A stretch of 64,000 bases of DNA from Gammaproteobacteria bacterium (GTDB lineage Bacteria; Pseudomonadota; Gammaproteobacteria; JACCYU01): contig JBOIDC010000001.1 in assembly GCA_050740315.1 (NCBI GenBank), positions 62,546 to 126,545 on the forward strand. Direction: 5' to 3'. How positions within the stretch are numbered: position 1 is the first letter of the stretch; each line of letters starts with the position of its first letter. A model generated the notes under the pieces. It was not told the origin of the DNA, did no database searches, and saw only the letters and a program-made list of their open reading frames with translations. Shown here piece by piece: positions 57,546 through 64,000 of the stretch. Both the position numbers and the translations under genes were made by a program.

Positions 57546-58841
57546 TTGATGAACGAATCTGCCGTCACGGATGATTCCCCGGCGCCGCGCACGCGGGCCG
57601 GGATCGGCATGTTCCGCTCGCTCACGGTGCCGAACTTCCGGCGTTATTACTTTGGTCAGCTGATATCGCTCAACGGCACCTGGATGCACTCAATCGCGCA
57701 AGCGTGGCTGGTTTACCGGCTGACGGGTTCGAGCTTCATGCTGGGGTTGGTGACCTTTTGCAATCTTGCCCCGGTTTTGTTCCTGAGCCTGATCGCTGGT
57801 GTCGCGGCCGACCGATTCAATCGCCGCAAGATCTTAATCGCGGTACACGGAGCCGCCATGCTGCAGGCCCTGCTACTGGCAGCGCTCACCATTTCCAATG
57901 TGGTTCAGCCGTGGCATATCGTGGTGCTTGCGACCGCGCTCGGCGCGGTGCGGGCGTTCGAGGTGCCGGCGCGTCACGCGCTGATCGGGGAGATGATTCC
58001 GCGCGAACAACTGTCGAACGCGATCGGTCTGAGCTCCAGTACGTTCAACGCGGCGCGCTTCTTGGGCCCGGCCATTGCGGGCGCACTGGTCGCATGGTGG
58101 GGCGAAGGGCCGGTTTTTCTGGTCAATGCGCTGTCTTTTTCAGCCATCCTGTTCGCGCTGATCGGCATGCGGCTGGAGCGGCGGCCAAATCACGCCGCTG
58201 GCGCACGCATCCGTTCGCATCTGATGGAAGGACTGCGGTTTGCCGCTGGCCATGCGCGTATCAGGGGCGCGCTGCTGATGCTGGGAATGGTGAGCCTGAT
58301 GAGCAGCGCGATCACGGCTTTGATGCCGATATTCGCGGCGGAGGCGCATGGGGGCGGTTCGCGAATGATGGGGGTCATGATGAGCGCAATGGGCGCCGGC
58401 GCGCTGCTGGGCGCATTGCGTCTGGCCGCCCGCGCTTCCGGCAAGGGACTGGAGCGCGTCATCGGCCGGGCGGCGCTTGGCCTTGCGGTTGGCGCCGTGG
58501 TGTTTTCGACGCTGCACGTGCTGTGGCTCGCCCTGACGGTGCTGGTACTCATCGGTTACGGGCACACCAGCGCCGCGGCCTCGGCCAACGCCATGATTCA
58601 ACTGCACACCGACGATGCCCTGCGCGGGCGCGTGATGTCGATCTTTTCAATGATCTTTCTCGGGCTGATGCCGATCGGAAGCCTGCTGGGCGGCTGGGCG
58701 GCCGAACATATGGGGGCGACCGCCACGATCACGTGGTTCGGTCTGCTTTGCGGGTTGGTTTCGGCATTGTATTTATGGTCGGTGTATGGGCGCGCCCGAG
58801 CAGGTTGCCGAGCGCCTGACCTCTCGTCAAAGCCGCGTTAA
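57546..58841 (+). CDS. MFS transporter (DUF894/EntS-like subfamily)
   Basis: 12 hydrophobic segments and 'FRRYYFGQLISLNGTWMHSIAQAWLVYRLTGS'. Start ambiguous (57546 or 57609). Confidence 0.8.
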   Translation: MMNESAVTDDSPAPRTRAGIGMFRSLTVPNFRRYYFGQLISLNGTWMHSIAQAWLVYRLTGSSFMLGLVTFCNLAPVLFLSLIAGVAADRFNRRKILIAVHGAAMLQALLLAALTISNVVQPWHIVVLATALGAVRAFEVPARHALIGEMIPREQLSNAIGLSSSTFNAARFLGPAIAGALVAWWGEGPVFLVNALSFSAILFALIGMRLERRPNHAAGARIRSHLMEGLRFAAGHARIRGALLMLGMVSLMSSAITALMPIFAAEAHGGGSRMMGVMMSAMGAGALLGALRLAARASGKGLERVIGRAALGLAVGAVVFSTLHVLWLALTVLVLIGYGHTSAAASANAMIQLHTDDALRGRVMSIFSMIFLGLMPIGSLLGGWAAEHMGATATITWFGLLCGLVSALYLWSVYGRARAGCRAPDLSSKPR

Positions 58842-58844
58842 CCG

Positions 58845-60035
58845 CTAAGGCAGTGCCTGCAGGCCCCTAACAAGTCTCCCGATGCCCTCTGCTACGGTTT
58901 CCTTCTGCAGCGCCCCATAGGCGATACGCAAGTAACACCCGGCTTCTATGCCGAATGCAGAGCCCGGGATAACGGCCACGCCATATTCGCGGATCAGACG
59001 TTCCACCAGTGTCATATCCGCCATGTCGGTGTGCACGCGCAACAGTACGTAGAACGCGCCTTCGGCGCGTGGCGGATCGATTCGTCCTTTAAGTTCATCC
59101 AGTTGTCGGATCACCGCTTGACGCACGTCGCCGATGGTGCGGATATTTTCGCGGGTGTACGCCGGATCTGATTCCAGCGCGCCCAGTGCGGCGTGTTGCG
59201 AGACGGTAGGCGGGCAGATCAGGACGGTGTCCTGCACTTTGCCCACCGGCGAAACCAGGTGTTCCGGCAACACCATATAACCAACGCGCCAGCCCGCCAG
59301 CGCGAAGCCCTTGGAAAACGAGAATAACGAGATGGTATGCGCGTGCGCCCCCGGCAGCGAGCCGGGAGAAAAATGCCGCGCACCATCCCAGGTAAAGGAT
59401 TCGTAAGCCTCATCGCTGATGTGGTACAGCCGGCGCTTCCGGCAAAGATCATTGACCTCGCGCAGCGCTGCTTGCGAATATACGGCGCCGGTGGGGTTGT
59501 TGGGCGAAACGGTAACGATCGCTCGGGTGCGCGTGGTAATGGCCGCCGCGATACAGTCCGGGCGCAAATGATAGTCGGCATCGGTGGCGACGGGCACTGC
59601 GCGACACCCGGCCATGGTTATGGCCATCTCGTGGTTAAAGTAAAAAGGTGCGGGCAGGATGATTTCATCGTCCGGCTCGGTGATGGCCAGCACGGCGTAA
59701 AAGAACCCCATGTTGGAGCCGGCAGTAATCATGATGCGGCTGCGATCGCGAACGTGAATGGCGTTTTCGGTATCGAGCTTGTTGATCAGCGCCTGCCTGA
59801 GTTCGGGAATACCCTGCGCCTGGCCGTAACCGTGGCTGTCGGATTGCGCAAGGCTATCTCGGATTCTTGCGATCGCCTGGGGCGGGGGTGCGTAGCGCAC
59901 AACGCCCTGTCCCAGCGAGATGGTGCCGGGACGTTCGCGGATTAACGCCGCCACGGCCGGTATGATCGGTGCTTGCACTGCCTGTATCCGCAGGCTGGAG
60001 GCGCCAGCGGAATTGATAAAAGAAATATCGTTCAT
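58845..60035 (-). CDS. PLP-dependent class I/II aminotransferase
   Basis: 'SFSKGFALAGWRVGY' (PLP-lysine motif) and 'PNNPTG'. Start at 60035 or 60044. Confidence 0.85.
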   Translation of the reverse strand: MNDISFINSAGASSLRIQAVQAPIIPAVAALIRERPGTISLGQGVVRYAPPPQAIARIRDSLAQSDSHGYGQAQGIPELRQALINKLDTENAIHVRDRSRIMITAGSNMGFFYAVLAITEPDDEIILPAPFYFNHEMAITMAGCRAVPVATDADYHLRPDCIAAAITTRTRAIVTVSPNNPTGAVYSQAALREVNDLCRKRRLYHISDEAYESFTWDGARHFSPGSLPGAHAHTISLFSFSKGFALAGWRVGYMVLPEHLVSPVGKVQDTVLICPPTVSQHAALGALESDPAYTRENIRTIGDVRQAVIRQLDELKGRIDPPRAEGAFYVLLRVHTDMADMTLVERLIREYGVAVIPGSAFGIEAGCYLRIAYGALQKETVAEGIGRLVRGLQALP

Positions 60036-60115
60036 CTCAAACATAACGTATGGAAACGAAGCTGGAAAAACAGGCGCGGTCGCGCGAGCCGGCAAATTGC
60101 GCGCACCGCGGCTCA

Positions 60116-60742
60116 ATGGTTTTGCTGTTGGCGCTGGTCACTATTTTAACCAGCGCCTGCGTTCACAGTCCGCCGTTAACGGAGCCGGTTGAGCTTCCCG
60201 TGCCTGAGCCCGAGACTGCTCGACCAGCGACACCGCCAGCGCCAGCGGGAGTCGAAGTGGAACCCGTCGCTATTCCGGAACATGGCCTGTTCATCGTCGT
60301 CTCCAAGTCCAACCGGCTGATGACCGTATACTCCGATGCTGAAGTCGTGCATCGCTATCGCATTGGGTTAGGCTTTCAACCCTCGGGTCGCAAGCGCTGG
60401 GAGGGTGACGGCCGCACCCCAGAGGGTCGTTATTCGGTGGCGGTAAAAAATCCGCAAAGCCGCTATTTTCTCTCCCTCGGCTTGAACTATCCGGCGCCCA
60501 GCGACGCTTCGATAGCTTACGAGCAGGGCCGTATCTCGTTAGAAGAATACCAGGCGATCGAAGACGCCTACAATGAACGTAAAGTGCCGCCCTGGAACAC
60601 GCGTCTGGGGGGCGCGATTTTTATTCATGGGCGTGGCGCCGCCGGCGACTGGACGCGCGGTTGCATCGCGCTGGAAGATGCCGACATGCGGCAGCTGTAT
60701 AGCCTGGTAGACGTCGGCACGCCGGTGACCATACTGCCGTAA
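60116..60742 (+). CDS. L,D-transpeptidase family lipoprotein (YkuD domain)
   Basis: Lipobox 'ILTSAC', 'GDGRTPEGRY' and catalytic 'IHGRGAAGDWTRGCIAL'. Confidence 0.85.
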   Translation: MVLLLALVTILTSACVHSPPLTEPVELPVPEPETARPATPPAPAGVEVEPVAIPEHGLFIVVSKSNRLMTVYSDAEVVHRYRIGLGFQPSGRKRWEGDGRTPEGRYSVAVKNPQSRYFLSLGLNYPAPSDASIAYEQGRISLEEYQAIEDAYNERKVPPWNTRLGGAIFIHGRGAAGDWTRGCIALEDADMRQLYSLVDVGTPVTILP

Positions 60743-60998
60743 TTTATCGCCAGCCAGAGTCAAGTCCGGCACCATGAATCTTTTTTCGCGCCTATTGTCT
60801 CTGGTACTATGCCAAATACAAGCGCGATTTGCGTACGCGGTCGGCTGAGCGTCAACAGAAGAATTCAGGAAAATGCTACGCGGTAATATCGCTTAGCTCA
60901 GGCGAGATGTCGGCAATGCTTGAATCCGGCGATTCATCGAGCAGTCAAGCAAGCTGAATACAGGTGCAGCACGGCTGCCTCACCGACAGGTACTTGGA

Positions 60999-62528
60999 AT
61001 GTACGAATCTTTTTATAAGCTCCGCGACGAACCTTTTCGGCTAAGCCCGGATCCTTACTATAGTTTCAAGCACAGAAGCTACGTCCAGGCCGAAGGTTAT
61101 TTGCGGTACGGCGTGCAGCGCGCCGAGGGGATCGTCATGGTCACCGGCGTGACGGGCACCGGCAAAAGCACGCTGGTCAGCGACCTGCTGAGTGAATTTC
61201 CCTCCTCCAAATTGTTGACCGGTACGCTGGTCGTCACACGGCTGGAAACTGACGATCTGTTCCGCGCGGTCGCATTCGCCTTCAATCTATCGGTCGAGGG
61301 CATGGACAGGGCCAGCGTGCTGCGCACCTTGGAGTTGTTCCTCATGGAGCAGGCGCAAGCCAACAAACGCGCGCTGCTAGTGGTCGACGAGGCCCAGAAT
61401 CTTTCCCTGGATGGACTCGAGGACCTGCGCCTGCTGACCAATTTGCAAATGGGCAATCGACCGTTACTGCAGATCTTTCTGCTCGGTCAGGAAAGTCTGC
61501 GTGACAAGGTGCAGAGCCCGGCGCTGAAACAACTGCTCCAGCGGGTAATCGCCGCCTGTCACTTGGATCCGCTGGAACCCGACGAAGCCCACGACTATAT
61601 TGAGCAACGCCTGTTGCATGCCGGCTGGCAGGGCGATCCGACAATCACCGATGATGCCTTCACCCTGATTCACAAATACAGTAGCGGTATCCCGCGGCGT
61701 ATCAACCAGCTCTGCAGCCGGTTGTTCCTGTATGGAAGCGTCGACGAAAAACATGTGCTGGACGTGGCGGAGGTGCAGGCGGTGCTGGAGGACTTCCGCA
61801 AGGAGCTTCTGGTGCCGGCCGACGAGCAGCACCATATAGAAGAGTTCTCGCGCAATTACGTGCGCGCCCGCAAGAGCGGCGCCTATCAGCCGCGGGTGGT
61901 GCCGACGCCGGTGCGGCCGATCGAAGGCGGCAAGAGCGAGGCAGCCCGCCCATCGAATACCTCGTCCGAGCGTTTCAACCGATCGCCAATAGCCGACCCG
62001 CCGCGTGCGCGCCATGAACGCGGGGCGCCGGAACGCGGTGGCGGCGCGACACCCCACCTGCAGCCGGTTGCGAAAAAGTCCGCCGTCAACGAAGCGTTAC
62101 GGTCTTTGGAAGAAGAGCGTACGCCACCGCCCTCGGCGCGGCCCCGCGCCACGTCGCATGGTGTCGCGCATCGCGAAGAACCAGCCGACGCCGTCAAGTC
62201 CGCGCGAGACCGGCCTTCCCTGTTTGCCGATCCCCGTGACGAGCGGCGCGCCCCAGGACCGACTGTGCGTCAACAACCTTATGAGGAAGACCCCAATGAC
62301 CGCTATGAGCGCCCCGGTTCTGGGCGATCCTGGTTGACCTTGCTGTTGGCGCTGGCTTTGCTGGCGACCAGCATTTACGCGGCGAGCCCGCTGATCAGGG
62401 ATCAGTTCGGCATCGACATCGCGGCGATGGTGCACGACAGGGTCGGCGCGCTGACGGGAGCGCCGCCATCCGAACCGACTGATCAGCAACCGGCAGGCGC
62501 CGCCAAAGAAGCGCCAGCAGAAGAATAA
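60999..62528 (+). CDS. ExeA/GspA-family AAA+ ATPase with Pro/Arg-rich linker and C-terminal TM
   Basis: Walker A 'GVTGTGKST' and Walker B 'LLVVDEAQNL'. A low-complexity region of about 150 aa follows, then TM 'WLTLLLALALLATSIYA'. Confidence 0.8.
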   Translation: MYESFYKLRDEPFRLSPDPYYSFKHRSYVQAEGYLRYGVQRAEGIVMVTGVTGTGKSTLVSDLLSEFPSSKLLTGTLVVTRLETDDLFRAVAFAFNLSVEGMDRASVLRTLELFLMEQAQANKRALLVVDEAQNLSLDGLEDLRLLTNLQMGNRPLLQIFLLGQESLRDKVQSPALKQLLQRVIAACHLDPLEPDEAHDYIEQRLLHAGWQGDPTITDDAFTLIHKYSSGIPRRINQLCSRLFLYGSVDEKHVLDVAEVQAVLEDFRKELLVPADEQHHIEEFSRNYVRARKSGAYQPRVVPTPVRPIEGGKSEAARPSNTSSERFNRSPIADPPRARHERGAPERGGGATPHLQPVAKKSAVNEALRSLEEERTPPPSARPRATSHGVAHREEPADAVKSARDRPSLFADPRDERRAPGPTVRQQPYEEDPNDRYERPGSGRSWLTLLLALALLATSIYAASPLIRDQFGIDIAAMVHDRVGALTGAPPSEPTDQQPAGAAKEAPAEE

Positions 62529-62585
62529 ACAGTAATTCCATCCATTCGGCGTCGACGGGCGCCATTGCTAGGTCCGTGCGTCCAG

Positions 62586-64000
62586 CTATCCCTGTTCCTT
62601 CGCCGTTCTTAAGCCGTCGGGCATCTCTACCGCCGGATTCTCGATCAAATCATGCAAGATGTGCGCGGCTTCTTTCAGCAGCACCTGATCGGGGTCGAAC
62701 TCGTCGTTGCCATCCTGCTTTGCCTCGTCGCGCTGCGGCAGTCCGCTCGCTTTGCGATAAATGGTTTCGCGGTTCTGACTGGCCTCCTTCAACGCGTCCA
62801 TTTCTTTACGCCGCTGTGTTTCAAGCAGGCTGACCTCAGTCTCGCTTAGCGCTTTTTCACTCGCCCGTATTTCCGCCAGCAGGTAAGCGAAGGCCGGATC
62901 GTGCTGAACGCGCTGCGCATGCCGTGCACGCACCGCGTCTACGGCGTTCATGTGCGACGCGCGCGGCGAAAAATCGGCAGCGTGGATGTGATCCCACGGC
63001 AAGGCATTATCCAGAGCGCGCTCACCCTGATCTTGATTGTCAGTCACGGTGGGAAACACGATATCCGGCACCACGCCCCGATGCTGAGTGCTCGCGCCGT
63101 TTACGCGGTAAAACTGCGCGACCGTCATCGTGATCTGGCCCAGTCCGCCGTCCTTGTCGCCAATTTGTTGATTCAAATCGACCATTTGCTGCACCGTTCC
63201 CTTACCGAAGGTCGGTTCACCCAGCACTACGCCGCGGCGGTAATCCTGGATCGCGCCGGCAAAAATTTCGGACGCTGACGCGCTGGAACCATCCACCAGC
63301 ACCGCCAGAGGCCCGCTATAGGCGATGCCCGGATCCGGATCTTGCAGCACCTGGACGCGGTTGGTGGTGTCCTTGACCTGCACGATGGGCCCCGACTCGA
63401 TGAACAAGCCCGTCAGTTGCGTCGCCTCCGTCAGCGAGCCGCCGCCGTTGCCGCGCAAGTCCATCACAATGCCTTCTACATTCTCGTTTTCCAGCTCGCG
63501 CAGCAGCCGGCGGACGTCACGGGTGGTGCTGCGATAGCTGGGATCGTTGCGCGCATAGGCTTCGTAATCCAGGTAGAAGGTCGGCACCTCGATCACGCCG
63601 ATGCGCGCCGGACCGTCTTCGGTCGGCACTTCTATCATCGATTTCTGCGCGGCCTGGTCTTCGAGCTTGATCTCGTTGCGGGTCATGGTCACAATTCTTG
63701 GGGGTGCTTCCAGGCTCGCGCCCTGGGGCAGCACCTGCAGCCGTACCGTGGTGCCCTTGGGCCCGCGGATCTTGTCGACCACATCGTCCAGGCGCCAGCC
63801 CACGACGTCGATAATCTTGCCGTTCTCCCCTTGGCCGACGCCGGTAATGCGATCCTCGACACTCAATTGATCGCTGAGATCGGCGGGACCGCCGGTAACG
63901 ATCTCGCGGATAACGGTGTACTCATTTTCCGATTGCAGAACCGCGCCTATCCCCTCCAGCGAAAGGCTCATTCTGATCTCGAAGTCCTCGGATGCGCGGG
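62586..64000 (-). CDS. prc: Tail-specific (C-terminal processing) protease Prc, S41 family, 5'-partial at window edge
   Basis: 'EDFEIRMSLSLEGIGAVLQ', closely matching the E. coli Prc PDZ-proximal region, and 'GSASASEIFAGAIQDY'. The frame is open to nt 64000. Confidence 0.92.
   Translation of the reverse strand, partial: RASEDFEIRMSLSLEGIGAVLQSENEYTVIREIVTGGPADLSDQLSVEDRITGVGQGENGKIIDVVGWRLDDVVDKIRGPKGTTVRLQVLPQGASLEAPPRIVTMTRNEIKLEDQAAQKSMIEVPTEDGPARIGVIEVPTFYLDYEAYARNDPSYRSTTRDVRRLLRELENENVEGIVMDLRGNGGGSLTEATQLTGLFIESGPIVQVKDTTNRVQVLQDPDPGIAYSGPLAVLVDGSSASASEIFAGAIQDYRRGVVLGEPTFGKGTVQQMVDLNQQIGDKDGGLGQITMTVAQFYRVNGASTQHRGVVPDIVFPTVTDNQDQGERALDNALPWDHIHAADFSPRASHMNAVDAVRARHAQRVQHDPAFAYLLAEIRASEKALSETEVSLLETQRRKEMDALKEASQNRETIYRKASGLPQRDEAKQDGNDEFDPDQVLLKEAAHILHDLIENPAVEMPDGLRTAKEQG

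Overview
This is a GC-rich window with gammaproteobacterial (Pseudomonas-like) gene order, densely packed with core housekeeping genes. I see no rRNA or tRNA genes, CRISPR array, integrase, transposase, phage module or recognisable defence island. A conserved block runs on the minus strand: purD, an AEC permease, purH, fis, a zinc-ribbon/DUF3426 gene, prmA, accC, accB, aroQ, a tlpA-like gene, dsbD and cutA. Other confident calls are cca, rhlB, trxA, rho, a TonB-dependent receptor, fxsA, groES-groEL with a perfect CIRCE operator, a PAS-GGDEF-EAL protein, ampD, bpt, metH, arfB, pcm, a HiPIP, two L,D-transpeptidases, an OprI/Lpp-like lipoprotein, lhr, typA, an ExeA-like ATPase and a 5'-truncated prc. 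I cannot point to a clear-cut new system. The parts that ordinary annotation leaves unexplained are listed here. (1) A signalling neighbourhood at about 35.7-42.8 kb contains two independently broken sensor genes. One is a large PAS histidine kinase frameshifted exactly in a (CG)5 run. The other is a CHASE-EAL remnant with a frameshift plus an internal deletion. arfB sits between a stand-alone receiver and the kinase. (2) An edge-truncated coiled-coil protein is built from exact 49-residue tandem repeats with a separate C-terminal domain. (3) The metH interdomain linker carries a short insertion with a C-rich/G-rich hairpin and a four-tract G-quadruplex motif. (4) dusB is absent upstream of fis. 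(5) An L,D-transpeptidase lies next to a Lys-terminated OprI-like lipoprotein. Gene starts are inferred by eye and several are ambiguous by a few codons. Long antisense ORFs are treated as GC-content artefacts.
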